A DNA stretch of 60,086 nucleotides from Candidatus Pacearchaeota archaeon (GTDB lineage: Archaea; Nanobdellota; Nanobdellia; Pacearchaeales; GW2011-AR1): NCBI GenBank assembly GCA_018303755.1, contig JAGVXO010000008.1, positions 1 to 60,086 of the forward strand, written 5' to 3'. The translations under genes were made by a program, and so were the position numbers. How positions within the stretch are numbered: the stretch's first letter is position 1; the number at the start of each line of letters is the position of its first letter. Below are positions 9,691-20,307 of this stretch, one piece after another. Under the pieces are notes generated by a model, which saw nothing but the letters and a program-made list of their open reading frames with translations, was not told the origin of the DNA and searched no databases.

Positions 9691-10371
9691 TCATCCGCCG
9701 AAAAATACAATCAGCCCTGCTTCTATAAATGCTGCAATTAAAAGCAAAGGCAGTACTACAAGAAAGAACACAAGAAGAGCATCTCTGATATAAACCTTCA
9801 GTCTTTTCCATCTATCTTTATGAAAAACGAACAGCCCTGCTTTTAATCCTATACCAAAAGAAATTACAACAGCACTAATCTCAAAAATCCCATGAGGCGC
9901 AAGACGCCATAAGCTTAAAATTCCTGTTTCTGAAACAACAAGCCCTGACACAAGCCCTATAATAAATCCATTTGAAGCAAGAAGCAAAACAAAAAATATG
10001 CCTATTGGCGGAAAAATAATAAGAAAAAATCCAAGCAAAATTGATAAAAATGCAATTGAGGCATTATTAATAAAAATAAATCTTGCCATTCCAAAAAATC
10101 CAAGCCCCTGCGTTTCCTCAAGAATTCCCTGAATAAACTCTTTCAGCCATGCTAAAACAATGTCTAATAAAAAGTCAGGCGCAAGAAAAACAAATAAAAA
10201 TCCTGCAAGAAAAAAAGCAAGCAATATGGCTGTAACAGAAAATATAGAATGTCTTGAATATTTGATAAATCCAAATGCCATTCTATATCCAACAGCAATA
10301 GCACGATTATCTCTCTGCTTCAAATTAACTCTGTTAATATGCTTCTTTTTCTTATCTAATTTTTTTTTCAT
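9691..10371 (-). CDS. SpoIIM-family membrane protein
   Basis: IFINNAS, LASNGFIIG, LAPHGIFEISA, AAFIEA motifs. Confidence 0.85.
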   Translation of the reverse strand: MKKKLDKKKKHINRVNLKQRDNRAIAVGYRMAFGFIKYSRHSIFSVTAILLAFFLAGFLFVFLAPDFLLDIVLAWLKEFIQGILEETQGLGFFGMARFIFINNASIAFLSILLGFFLIIFPPIGIFFVLLLASNGFIIGLVSGLVVSETGILSLWRLAPHGIFEISAVVISFGIGLKAGLFVFHKDRWKRLKVYIRDALLVFFLVVLPLLLIAAFIEAGLIVFFGG

Positions 10372-11081
10372 TGTATTGATTCATTCAAAAGCTGTATTTT
10401 TCTTGAGTATTTATTTTTAAGATATGCCCCATAAGCAATTCCTGCAATAAGCCCCCCAAAATGTGCAGTATTTCCTATTGGAAGTCCTGTTCCTGCAGAA
10501 ACAATCCAAGTTAAAAACAATACAAGAGGAATCATTATATATGCCGGAAGTGAAAAAAATGGAAGAAAGATTATTGAAAATCTTAATTTTGGGGTGATTA
10601 TAACAAAAAGCCCTGCAATTGCAAAAATTGCTCCACTTGCTCCTACTCCAGGCATATCAGGACTGCCGAAAATCATACCCCCTATTGATGTTGAGCCAAA
10701 AAACACAGGAAAAATAACTGCAACAATGCCTGCAGCAATTCCTGAAATTATGTAAAACCAAAAAAATCTTCTGCTTCCGATAATCTTTTCGCAGAAACTT
10801 CCCAGGGAAAATAAAACAAACATATTTATCATAAGATGAAAAATATTCGCATGCATAAACATGCTGGTTATGATTGTCCATAAATATTTCCCATGGATAA
10901 TAAAAGAGGGATTGAGGGCAATATAATCAATAAAATTAGGATTAGTCCATATAATCACGGAGCCGATTATAAACAAGACAATATTTGCAAAAATAAGCTG
11001 TATAGTCACGCTCAATCTATTAAAAAAATTGCCTGTATTTAGTACATTCCTTGCAGTATATCTTCTTAATCTATTTCTCAT
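10368..11081 (-). CDS. Rhomboid intramembrane serine protease
   Basis: ITSMFMHANIFHLMINM, catalytic GASG, TAHFGG. Confidence 0.9.
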   Translation of the reverse strand: MRNRLRRYTARNVLNTGNFFNRLSVTIQLIFANIVLFIIGSVIIWTNPNFIDYIALNPSFIIHGKYLWTIITSMFMHANIFHLMINMFVLFSLGSFCEKIIGSRRFFWFYIISGIAAGIVAVIFPVFFGSTSIGGMIFGSPDMPGVGASGAIFAIAGLFVIITPKLRFSIIFLPFFSLPAYIMIPLVLFLTWIVSAGTGLPIGNTAHFGGLIAGIAYGAYLKNKYSRKIQLLNESIQ

Positions 11082-11085
11082 CTCT

Positions 11086-11811
11086 CTATTTTTTTGATTT
11101 AGTTTTATTTTTAGGAGTTTTTTTCTTTAATTTAGCTGCTTGTATCTTTTTTGAGTTTTTACCTGCATGGGCTTTTTTTAGAGAAGCCATTCGTGAGCGT
11201 TTTCTTTTTTCATTAGAAAGCTTTCTTCTTGCAACTTTATCTTTTTCCTGCTTCTTCTTTTCACGCTCGTGCTTCTTTAATTTTTTGCCTTCAATAAAAG
11301 TTATTTCATTTTCAACTTCTTCCAATTTTTTTGCGGCTTTTTTTATAGCAGAAGAAATTTCTGCTACTGCTTTTTTATTGTCATTCATCTCGTAAATCTC
11401 CCCGCATTCTGGGCAGGCAAAATCATTAAGCAGGGCATTTTCTTCTGTAATTTCTGTATTGCAGATTTTGCAAATATAAAATCTTTTTATCTCTCTGCTC
11501 TTCAACTGATGTTCAAGCTGTTCAATTTCGTTGCGCAGCCCTTTCTGAAGAAGCAAAAGTGCTCTGTCAATATTAAATGTCCAAAAATAAGTATACCATC
11601 CTTTTTTCTTATCTTTTTTTCTTGTAGAAGAAACAAGCCCATCATCAGAAAGTTTATAGAGTATATTTCTTGCTTGGTTTATTGTCAATCCGAGTTTTTT
11701 TGCAATAATGAACTCATTTACATTCCTCTTGTCAAATAAAATATCAACTATTGGTGGGGCATTCTTTCCGCCAATTGAAGAACTTATTTCTTTAAGAAGC
11801 TCAATATCCAT
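11086..11811 (-). CDS. tfe: Transcription factor E alpha, with Lys-rich C-terminal tail
   Basis: wHTH (INQARNILYKL..GWYTYFW) plus Zn ribbon CKIC..CPEC. Confidence 0.85.
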   Translation of the reverse strand: MDIELLKEISSSIGGKNAPPIVDILFDKRNVNEFIIAKKLGLTINQARNILYKLSDDGLVSSTRKKDKKKGWYTYFWTFNIDRALLLLQKGLRNEIEQLEHQLKSREIKRFYICKICNTEITEENALLNDFACPECGEIYEMNDNKKAVAEISSAIKKAAKKLEEVENEITFIEGKKLKKHEREKKKQEKDKVARRKLSNEKRKRSRMASLKKAHAGKNSKKIQAAKLKKKTPKNKTKSKK

Positions 11812-11911
11812 TAAGTGTAATCAAAGCAAATCATTAATATAGTTTTCTATGTTCTGTAACTACTATTAAATTTATCAAAACATATAAATAGAATATTTCA
11901 AAACTAACCCT

Positions 11912-12580
11912 ATGGGTTTCTTTACAAAAAAGAAAAAAGAAGAGGATTTAGTTCCAAGGCTTCCAGAACTCCCGAAGCTTCCTGACTTTGCAGAAAGAAA
12001 TATGGGAATTGTCAAACCAGACAGAAAAACTGATGCACTGCCTTCTTTTCCAAATTCTCCTCTTGGAGAAAAAATAAACAGAAATACAATAAGGGAAGCA
12101 GTATATTCGGAGAATGAAGAAGATAATCTGCAACAGATGCCTGAAAGAGTATCTGAAACTTTTCAGGCGCACCTTACAAAAAAATCGAGCATAGACTCTG
12201 ATATGAAAGCATCAGAATTTATTCCTGTCGAGCGAAGCGAATCCCCAAGATCTTTTGAAATGTCTCCTAATTTAAAAAAGAAAGAAATTCCAAAGTCTAT
12301 GGAAATGTCTTCAAGTTGGAAAGGGAGTGAAGAATCATTTATCCCTAATGAAAAAATTAAGAATCCAGAGCAAATTTTTGTAAAGCTCGAAAAATTTGAA
12401 AGTGCAATCGAAGAATTTAGCAGGATAAAAAATAAACTGATTGATATGGAGTCAATGCTGAGAAAAATAAGGGATATCAAATTAAAAGAGGAAAAGGAAT
12501 TGTCCGAATGGGAAAATGAAATTGAGTCAATAAAATCAAGGCTTGAAAAAATTGACAGAGAGATATTTGAAAGGAAGTGA
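11912..12580 (+). CDS. Hypothetical protein with C-terminal coiled coil
   Basis: Long ORF with genome-typical composition. Confidence 0.6.
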   Translation: MGFFTKKKKEEDLVPRLPELPKLPDFAERNMGIVKPDRKTDALPSFPNSPLGEKINRNTIREAVYSENEEDNLQQMPERVSETFQAHLTKKSSIDSDMKASEFIPVERSESPRSFEMSPNLKKKEIPKSMEMSSSWKGSEESFIPNEKIKNPEQIFVKLEKFESAIEEFSRIKNKLIDMESMLRKIRDIKLKEEKELSEWENEIESIKSRLEKIDREIFERK

Positions 12581-12587
12581 TTTCTGA

Positions 12588-12947
12588 ATGAAAGGTCCGA
12601 TATATACAAGAATAAATTATGAAAACGCGCTCGGAATAAAAAAAGAAGTGCTTAACTCGCGCGCGAATCTTCTGGTAATGCTGAGAAAAATAGAAAACTA
12701 TAAAACTCTCCGGGCGCAGGAATTTATTCTTAAAATAAAGCTGAAGAATACTATGAAAGAAACAAGAGAAAAAATTGCAAAATTAGGGGAAGTTCTTCCA
12801 AAAGTAGAAATGCCAAAGCAGAAAAAAGATATTGTTCAGGGGAATATTCAGGAAAATGCCCCAATTCTTAAAAAAGAACCAAGTGCAAAAGATAGAATAG
12901 AGCGTGAATTAGATGAAATCAAGAAGCAGCTCGCAGAATTATCATAA
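12588..12947 (+). CDS. Hypothetical protein
   Basis: ORF 7 nt downstream of the previous gene, same strand. Confidence 0.6.
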   Translation: MKGPIYTRINYENALGIKKEVLNSRANLLVMLRKIENYKTLRAQEFILKIKLKNTMKETREKIAKLGEVLPKVEMPKQKKDIVQGNIQENAPILKKEPSAKDRIERELDEIKKQLAELS

Positions 12948-13023
12948 GTCTATAAACAAAGATTAATCCAAACAGAATTGAACCCATAATAGATTTTATA
13001 AACACCAATTTATTATAAAAACT

Positions 13024-13911
13024 ATGAAAACAAAAACAATATTCAGTTTTTTAATTATGGCAATGCTCTCAATATCATTAGCAACTGCTATTATATGGTC
13101 AGAAAGCACATCCAATAAATCGTCAGACTCATCAGACAGCATAAAAAATAACCAGATTAATCTGAAAGTTGGGCAAGAATCGGGTTATCTTAAAGAGTTC
13201 AAAGAAATAAACATAGAGCTAAGAAGCTTATCAGCAGTCCAATGTTTTAAGGCACCATGCCCAAATCCTGCTACAATAATTGTAAAGCAAAAAGGAGACG
13301 TAATCAAAAAATTAAATATATTTACTTTAATAGAAGGGCAGGAAACAAACATTTATGAAGTAAATATCAAGCTCATAGGAACATATCAAACCTATGCTAT
13401 TTTTGAATTAAGCCTTAGCAAAGAAGACATTAACATAAATGAAAGGCAAAAAGTAATTGTAAAAATTGAAAACGAATTTGAAAAAGAAAAAGATGTGAAA
13501 ATAGAAACGATTGAGGGGAAAAGAGTTATCTCTGTTTCAGGAATTAAGAAAGTTGAAGACGAAGATAAAGGAAATAATAGCCAGATAGAACAAAAGGATA
13601 ATGCAACAACTGCAAGCACAGAAGAAGAAATTAAAACAAAAGACGGCAAAATATATGTAAATGAAAAAGAAATAAAAATTATGCCAGATACTGCTTCTGA
13701 AAAAGCAATAGCAGTTTTAGAAATGAAAAAAGGCGTTGAAATTGTGCTTAAAGACACAGGAAAACCCTTTTATGAAATTAAAGGAAAAAAAGATTCAAAA
13801 CTATTCAGAATATTTAATAAAGAAATGGAAGTTAAAACAGAAATTGATGCAGAAACAGGAGAGATAATATCTGTTAAAAAACCTTGGTGGGCATTCTTAG
13901 CAAGTGAGTAG
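13024..13911 (+). CDS. Secreted hypothetical protein
   Basis: N-terminal signal peptide; C-terminal IDAETGEII..KKPWWAFLA (PepSY-like ending). Confidence 0.6.
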   Translation: MKTKTIFSFLIMAMLSISLATAIIWSESTSNKSSDSSDSIKNNQINLKVGQESGYLKEFKEINIELRSLSAVQCFKAPCPNPATIIVKQKGDVIKKLNIFTLIEGQETNIYEVNIKLIGTYQTYAIFELSLSKEDININERQKVIVKIENEFEKEKDVKIETIEGKRVISVSGIKKVEDEDKGNNSQIEQKDNATTASTEEEIKTKDGKIYVNEKEIKIMPDTASEKAIAVLEMKKGVEIVLKDTGKPFYEIKGKKDSKLFRIFNKEMEVKTEIDAETGEIISVKKPWWAFLASE

Positions 13912-13984
13912 AAAGCAAAATAAACCTGTGCATATTACGAATATTTTTAAACATCTTGTTCTTATGTTTTTAATGGTTAAAATA

Positions 13985-15736
13985 ATGGAAAGAAAAGAGC
14001 TCATAGATGCCTATCTTGATTTCTTTAAATCAAAGTCTCATAAAATCATCCCATCATCATCTCTTGTTCCGGAAAATGACCCTACAGTTCTGTTTACAAC
14101 AGCAGGAATGCATCCCCTTGTTCCTTATTTACTTGGGCAGAAACACCCTCTCGGAAAAAGAATATGCAATGTTCAGAAATGCATAAGAACGCAGGATATA
14201 GAAAGTGTTGGAGATGAAGTGCACCATACTTTTTTTGAAATGTTGGGAAACTGGAGTTTAGGCGATTATTTTAAAAAAGAATCAATAGAGTATAGCTATG
14301 AATTTTTAATAAAAATTTTAAAAATTCCAAAAGAAAAACTTGCAGTAAGCTGTTTTAAAGGAGATGCAAATGCACCTAAAGATAATGAAAGCGCAGGAAT
14401 ATGGAAAAAATTAGGCATAAGTGAAAAAAGAATTGCCTTTTTAGAAAAAGAAGACAACTGGTGGGGTCCTGCAGGAAACACAGGCCCTTGCGGACCTGAC
14501 ACAGAAATATTTTTTTATACAGGGAAAAAAACTCCCGAAGTTTTCAGCCCAAAAGACAAAAAATGGGTTGAAATATGGAACAATGTTTTTATGCAGTATA
14601 ATAAAAACAAAAACGGGAAATACACAGAATTAACCCAAAAAAACGTGGATACAGGAATGGGTGTTGAAAGAACTATCGCTGTTTTAAATAATCTTAGTGA
14701 TAATTACCAAACAGATATATTTCTTCCAATAATACAGGCAATAGAAAATATTTCTGGGAAGAAATATAATGAAAGTGAAGAAATAAAAAAAGCAATGAGG
14801 ATAATTGCAGACCATATAAGAGCAGCTGTTTTTATCTTAGGTGATAAGCATCAAATAACTCCAAGCAATATTGAGCATGGATATGTTTTAAGAAGATTAA
14901 TTCGAAGAGCAATAAGATATGGAAGAATAATTGGAATTAAAAATGAGTTCACAGACAAAATCGCAGAGGCAGTTATTCCCCTCTATTCAGATTATCCTGA
15001 ATTAAAAAAGAGCAGAAAATTTATTCTTGATAATTTGAAGCTTGAGGAAGAAAAATTTTCAAATACAATTGAACAGGGGCTGAGAAAATTCCACCAGCTC
15101 AAAGGAAAAAATCTAAATGGAAAAGATGCGTTCCTGCTTTTTCAGAGCTACGGCTTTCCAATTGAAATGACTTTAGAGCTTGCTGAAGAAGAAGGAATAA
15201 AAGTTAATATCGAAGAATATGAAAGCGAACTTAAAAAGCATCAGGAATTATCAAGGACTTCAAGCGAAGGCAGATTTAAATCAGGATTAGCAGACAATTC
15301 TGAAAAAACAACACGCCTGCATACTGCAACGCATTTATTAAATGAAGCATTAAGAATTGTGCTAAAAGACAATAATATAAAACAGAAAGGCTCAAATATT
15401 AATTCAGAAAGATTAAGGTTTGATTTTAATTTTCCGAGAAAACTTGAAGAAAATGAAATTAAGGAAATTGAAACTCTAATAAATAAAAAAATATCTGAAT
15501 CTCTTGAAGTGATAAAAGAAGAAATGTCTATAAGCAAAGCAATAAACTCGGGCGCGCAGGCAGAATTCGGCGCAAAATATCCAAGAATTGTTTCTGTTTA
15601 CGCAATAGGCAATTTCAGCAGGGAGATATGCACAGGCCCGCATGTAAAAAACACAAAAGACATCGGGCATTTTAAAATAATAAAAGAAGAAGGCGTGGCT
15701 GCAGGAATAAGAAGAATTAAGGCAGTTGTTGAGTAA
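13985..15736 (+). CDS. alaS: Alanyl-tRNA synthetase, short form (no C-Ala domain)
   Basis: DPTVLFTTAGM, HHTFFEMLGNWS, VDTGMGVER, IADHIR, editing HTATH and CTGPH; ends at GIRRIKAVVE; start placed at MERKEL. Confidence 0.95.
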   Translation: MERKELIDAYLDFFKSKSHKIIPSSSLVPENDPTVLFTTAGMHPLVPYLLGQKHPLGKRICNVQKCIRTQDIESVGDEVHHTFFEMLGNWSLGDYFKKESIEYSYEFLIKILKIPKEKLAVSCFKGDANAPKDNESAGIWKKLGISEKRIAFLEKEDNWWGPAGNTGPCGPDTEIFFYTGKKTPEVFSPKDKKWVEIWNNVFMQYNKNKNGKYTELTQKNVDTGMGVERTIAVLNNLSDNYQTDIFLPIIQAIENISGKKYNESEEIKKAMRIIADHIRAAVFILGDKHQITPSNIEHGYVLRRLIRRAIRYGRIIGIKNEFTDKIAEAVIPLYSDYPELKKSRKFILDNLKLEEEKFSNTIEQGLRKFHQLKGKNLNGKDAFLLFQSYGFPIEMTLELAEEEGIKVNIEEYESELKKHQELSRTSSEGRFKSGLADNSEKTTRLHTATHLLNEALRIVLKDNNIKQKGSNINSERLRFDFNFPRKLEENEIKEIETLINKKISESLEVIKEEMSISKAINSGAQAEFGAKYPRIVSVYAIGNFSREICTGPHVKNTKDIGHFKIIKEEGVAAGIRRIKAVVE

Positions 15737-15752
15737 TATTAGCTTTTTCAAA

Positions 15753-16256
15753 TTATATTCTCATCTCAGACAAAGGCAGTCCAGAAACTCTACGGGCAGT
15801 GTTCTCTGCATCTGCTCTTGCACAATTTTCCCACTCACCGCAAGAATCTTGAATCTTTCTATTTGCATACCAGCAATCAAAATGCTCTCTTTCTGAGGAA
15901 TATCTTGAACTGGCCCCTTCTGCTTTCGGCCCATCATACCTAAGATAGCCCTCTACAATACATTCTCCGCTTAATGCTTTTGGGCATCTCTCGCCTGCTG
16001 TAAAACACAAATGTGAAATTCTCTCATTAGGACAGGGATTATAGATTGAATATCCTTTCATCCATATTATCTGGTGTAATTTTTTATGGGCAAAGCCCGG
16101 AACTTGAAAAAATTTATTTTTATCTAATCGTTCAATAATTGGTGCATGATATGCCTCAACTTCTTCCCTGCTTGCATGTGGAGTGGCCTGGATTAAATCA
16201 AAAATTTCTCTATACTCGCCATCAAAAGAATTCTGAAGAGTAGAATTCCCAACCAT
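15753..16256 (-). CDS. Hypothetical protein (orphan)
   Basis: 167-aa ORF, no motif recognised. Confidence 0.5.
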   Translation of the reverse strand: MVGNSTLQNSFDGEYREIFDLIQATPHASREEVEAYHAPIIERLDKNKFFQVPGFAHKKLHQIIWMKGYSIYNPCPNERISHLCFTAGERCPKALSGECIVEGYLRYDGPKAEGASSRYSSEREHFDCWYANRKIQDSCGEWENCARADAENTARRVSGLPLSEMRI

Positions 16257-16307
16257 AATTAAAAAAATAAACCTGCCTTTTTAAATTATATTGTAATTCT
16301 CTTTTTA

Positions 16308-16592
16308 CTAACTTACCAGATAAACCGTATCATTAGGCCTTACCTTTTCAAGTGTTTTAAGTCCTATTGCCTCGCCTTTCTTTGCTTCTGCAATTTTTTT
16401 ATGCTCAACCTGCATACTATCAACTTCCTGCACAAAATCAGTTGTAGCGCCTTTTATATGTATATCATTTCCAACATTAAGTTTTGCCTTAAGTTCAATA
16501 ACTGCAACTCCAACTTTATCAAAGTAATGCGTAACTCTGCCAATCTCTTTTTCTTTTTCCATCACTTTTTCCTTTTTTCCTATTTTTTCCAT
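16308..16592 (-). CDS. Translation elongation factor-like small beta-barrel protein (U32 C-terminal-like)
   Basis: IGRVTHYFDKVGVAVIEL..GDIHIKGATTDF.Q.V.SMQ pattern. Confidence 0.75.
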   Translation of the reverse strand: MEKIGKKEKVMEKEKEIGRVTHYFDKVGVAVIELKAKLNVGNDIHIKGATTDFVQEVDSMQVEHKKIAEAKKGEAIGLKTLEKVRPNDTVYLVS

Positions 16593-16633
16593 TTTAAACT
16601 AAAGGCATGCACCTATATAAATTTAATTATTGA

Positions 16634-16806
16634 CTCGCTCGCCTGCGGGCTCGCTTTAATTTAGTTCGCTTCGCTCACCCAGAGAATTATCCAAGCAAAT
16701 CTGACGCCATTTATACTTTGGTTCTCCATTATTTGATTTAACATTAAATAAAACAAAAACACCAATGAGCTCACCTAAAATAAGGTAAAAGAATGGAATG
16801 TTAAAA
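16634..16806 (+). repeat. Dispersed intergenic element
   Basis: CTCGC/GTTCGCTTCGC hairpins, GCAAATCTGACGCCATT, CACCAATG..CTAAAATAAGG..ATGGAATGTTA. Confidence 0.75.
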
Positions 16807-16842
16807 GAAAAATAATAAAAAGAAAGAAAAGCAATAAAGAAT

Positions 16843-17235
16843 TTAAGCAACTGCAAAAATCTCATAAAATACCCAAATAATTAAAACTATCCAAATAATT
16901 ATGTAGAGCCATGATTTTTTGACAAATGTCCTGTCTTTAAGCATTTTTCTTGCAAGAGGAAGAAATTCTTTTGCATAAACAGAAACTCCGACAGCTGCCA
17001 AAAGCCCTAAAAATAGCATTACTGCAAAAATATCTACAATTCCAAATCCTGCTTCAATTAAATAAAACAGCACAACTGCAGAAAGCACTAAAGAAATAAA
17101 TGCTGTCAGCATAGGAATTGCATAAACTGTATCAACAACTTTTATCCATGAAATCGGCTTAATCAGTATCACGATTATTTTTATCAAAGCAACTGCTGCC
17201 AAAATCAGCGCAAACCATTGTATTATATCAAGCAT
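16843..17235 (-). CDS. Hypothetical membrane protein
   Basis: Four hydrophobic segments. Confidence 0.6.
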   Translation of the reverse strand: MLDIIQWFALILAAVALIKIIVILIKPISWIKVVDTVYAIPMLTAFISLVLSAVVLFYLIEAGFGIVDIFAVMLFLGLLAAVGVSVYAKEFLPLARKMLKDRTFVKKSWLYIIIWIVLIIWVFYEIFAVA

Positions 17236-17509
17236 CTCACTACCTCATTTCATTCAATTTATCAGCAACTGATGTAATATTTGCTATCAAAGAAGCAAAA
17301 ATGCCGAAAGCACTGAAAGTAAATCCCCCTGTCCATATTATAAAATAAGCGCACGGATTATTCCAAATATTAAAAGTCCGAGAGCAATTATTCCAATAGT
17401 CCATGCAAAATAATATAAGAAAATAAGAGTTTTTTTATTGCTTTTTTTTGCAGGCATGTTTGCACCTCTTTAATATATCTAAAGTAATAAGTATTTATAT
17501 AATTATGCT

Positions 17510-19600
17510 TCACTCAACAAAAATAGCAGGTCTGTTTGGCTTTGCTTTTGAACTTTTATTTTCAGGGTCGTACTTGCTTCGGTCATTTACTGCAAAAACT
17601 TTAACTTCTTTTCCAATTCTTCTGCTCAAAACTTCAGAATTATAATTTTCAAATTCATTTGGAATTGCATAAAGATAAACGTTCTCTGCATCTTTTCCTT
17701 GTTTCTCTTTTATTATTTTTAATATATTCAAAATATCTTCAATTGTCTTTTCAACTGCCTCTTCTGATTTTTCCAGATTCAAATCAATCTTCTTCTCATC
17801 TGCAATAGGCCATTTTTCCAAGCTGATAAAACTTTTATTTCCGATTCTGTTCCATATCTCCTCTGCAATATGCGGTGCAAAAACAGAAAGCATTTTCAGA
17901 AAACTTTCAATATCTTTTTTAGAAACTTCGCTTTCCTGTTCAATTGCTTCAAAAATCTTTCTTAGCTTAATAATTGCAAGATTATATCTAAACTCAACTA
18001 TCTCTTCGCTAAGCTCTTTAATCGTTTTATTAATCCTGCTCTCAATTTTTCTGCTCGATTTCCCAGTTTTCATTTTTGGGAGAGTTTCAAAAACTTTCTT
18101 GATAAATCTCAAACTTCCTTCTATGCCCTTGTCGCTCCATTGTGTGTCTTTTTCGGGCAAAGCAACACTCATTAAAAATATTCTCGCCGTGTCAATTCCG
18201 TATTTTTTCGAAACTTCTTCAGGCAGTACAACATTTCCTCTTGATTTGCTCATTACAGCTCCATCTTCTCCATGAAGCATTCCTTGGTTGAATAATTTTA
18301 AAAATGGCTCATCAATTTTTAAATATCCTAAGTCTCTTAATGCCTTTGTAAAAAATCTCGCATAAATCAAGTGCATGCATGCGTGTTCAGCGCCTCCAAT
18401 ATACTGGTCAATAGGCATCCAATAATTTACTTTTGATTTATCAAAGGGAATTTTAGAATTTTTATTATCTGCATATCTTAAATAATACCACGAGCTGTCA
18501 AAAAAAGTGTCCATTGTGTCTGTCTCTCTGCGTGCATCGCCTTTGCATTTTGGACATTTAATTTTAATCCATTTTTCATCTGTTGCAAGAGGATTGCCTT
18601 TTCCAAATTTTACATTTTCAGGAAGTTTTACTGGAAGCTCTTTTTCAGGAACAGGAATAATTCCGCATTTAGCACAATAAACTATAGGTATCGGAGTTCC
18701 CCAGTATCTCTGCCTCGAAATAAGCCAGTCCCTTAATTTATACTGAATTGTTTTTTTGCCCAATTTTTTAAATTCAAGTGCCTTTGTAATATGCTCTTTT
18801 GCCTCGTCGCTGTCAAGTTCGCTGAATGCGCCTGAGTTGATAAGTTTTCCAAAACTCTCATAACATTCTTGTCCTCTAAATCTTTTCCAGATGATTAAAA
18901 TATCATTATCCCTAACTAAAAACTTATCCACCTTATTTTCATCAATCCAAACAATATTATGTATTTTACTTTCTTCTTTGCTTATTTCATTTCTTTTATC
19001 ACTATTTAATTCAAAATACAATGTCTCAAAATGAGCATCCCTATTTTGTTTCTTTGTTTCATGGTAAAATTTAGAATGAACAACCCCTTCAATTTTTTTG
19101 ATAAATTTAATATCAGTATATCCTGTTTCTTCTTCTATTTCTCTTTTCGCTGCACTTAATAAATCCTCTCCGGATTCAATGCCTCCAATTACAAAACCTC
19201 TCCAGTCATTTTTTTTCCATTGCAAAAGCAAATATTTATTATTCTTGGGATTTTTTATAATAGCCACAACTGCCTTTATTTCTACTTTAGGTTCATTTTT
19301 TCTATAAGCATCAGAACCTGAAGTGTTTACATAAACTGGTTGGATAACTTCTTTAATGGGAATATTATACTTCTTTGCAAACTCAAAGTCCCTCGCGTCG
19401 TGCGCAGGAACAGCCATCACCATTCCGCTTCCGTAATCAGCAACAACAAAATTTCCTGCATAAACAGGCACTTTTTCATTTGTCATAGGATTAACTGCAT
19501 AACTTCCTGTAAAAACTCCCTCTTTTTCAAGAGCTTCAAAATCTTTCTCACTTGTTGATTTTATTTTTTTCAAAAAATCTTCTCCCAAAACTTTTTCCAA
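17510..19600 (-). CDS. leuS: Leucyl-tRNA synthetase, C-terminal part (bacterial type) with inserted Nudix domain
   Basis: [51 protein letters not shown]; Nudix box [22 protein letters not shown]. Confidence 0.9.
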   Translation of the reverse strand: MEKVLGEDFLKKIKSTSEKDFEALEKEGVFTGSYAVNPMTNEKVPVYAGNFVVADYGSGMVMAVPAHDARDFEFAKKYNIPIKEVIQPVYVNTSGSDAYRKNEPKVEIKAVVAIIKNPKNNKYLLLQWKKNDWRGFVIGGIESGEDLLSAAKREIEEETGYTDIKFIKKIEGVVHSKFYHETKKQNRDAHFETLYFELNSDKRNEISKEESKIHNIVWIDENKVDKFLVRDNDILIIWKRFRGQECYESFGKLINSGAFSELDSDEAKEHITKALEFKKLGKKTIQYKLRDWLISRQRYWGTPIPIVYCAKCGIIPVPEKELPVKLPENVKFGKGNPLATDEKWIKIKCPKCKGDARRETDTMDTFFDSSWYYLRYADNKNSKIPFDKSKVNYWMPIDQYIGGAEHACMHLIYARFFTKALRDLGYLKIDEPFLKLFNQGMLHGEDGAVMSKSRGNVVLPEEVSKKYGIDTARIFLMSVALPEKDTQWSDKGIEGSLRFIKKVFETLPKMKTGKSSRKIESRINKTIKELSEEIVEFRYNLAIIKLRKIFEAIEQESEVSKKDIESFLKMLSVFAPHIAEEIWNRIGNKSFISLEKWPIADEKKIDLNLEKSEEAVEKTIEDILNILKIIKEKQGKDAENVYLYAIPNEFENYNSEVLSRRIGKEVKVFAVNDRSKYDPENKSSKAKPNRPAIFVE

Positions 19601-20267
19601 TCCAGTTTTTCTGCATTGTCTTTATTTTTTCAGGCCAATCAAGTTTTATTATATCTTCTAAAAGCTCGTCTGCATATTCTGTTGTTTTAATGAACCACTG
19701 CTCGAGCTGTTTAATCTCAACATCTGTATCTGTATGTCTCCAGCACTTTCCATTATGCACCTGCTCATTTGCAAGAACACTATCGCATTTTGAACACCAA
19801 TTAACCCCGGATTTTTTTCTGTATACAAGTCCTTTTTCTAAAAATTTCAAAAAGAAAAATTGGTTCCATTTGTAATACTCTGGCTCTGAAGTTTTTAACA
19901 TCCTGCTCCAGTCATAGCTTAATCCAAGAGATTTCTGCTGTGAAATAAAATTAGCAATTGCGCTTTCAGTAAATTTCTTGGGATGAGCCGCGGCTTTAAT
20001 TGCAGCATTTTCAGCAGGCAGTCCAAAAGAGTCATATCCCATTGGATACAACACATTAAAACCCTTCATTCGCATAAATCTCGCATAAATATCCCCGATA
20101 GTATAATTAAAGGCATGTCCCATGTGCAGTCCGCTTCCAGAAGGATATGGAAACATCTCAAGGCAGTAATACTTTTTTCCTTTTCCTTCTTTAACCTGAA
20201 ATGCTTTTTTCTCTTCCCATGCTTTCTGCCACTTTTTCTCTATCTTTGAAAAATCAATCTCAGCCAT
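19548..20267 (-). CDS. leuS: Leucyl-tRNA synthetase, N-terminal part (out of frame with the remainder)
   Basis: [40 protein letters not shown]; the frame ends 12 codons after GKSFG; start placed at MAEIDF. Confidence 0.9.
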   Translation of the reverse strand: MAEIDFSKIEKKWQKAWEEKKAFQVKEGKGKKYYCLEMFPYPSGSGLHMGHAFNYTIGDIYARFMRMKGFNVLYPMGYDSFGLPAENAAIKAAAHPKKFTESAIANFISQQKSLGLSYDWSRMLKTSEPEYYKWNQFFFLKFLEKGLVYRKKSGVNWCSKCDSVLANEQVHNGKCWRHTDTDVEIKQLEQWFIKTTEYADELLEDIIKLDWPEKIKTMQKNWIGKSFGRRFFEKNKINK

Positions 20268-20307
20268 GTAAGAATATACAGAAGTGAATATATAAAATTT
20301 CCTAATC

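Noticed and set aside
17338-17457. 39-aa hydrophobic ORF (MPAKKSNKKTLIFLYYFAW...) on the minus strand
   Set aside because: Plausible small membrane protein, but there is no SD, homology or other support to call it
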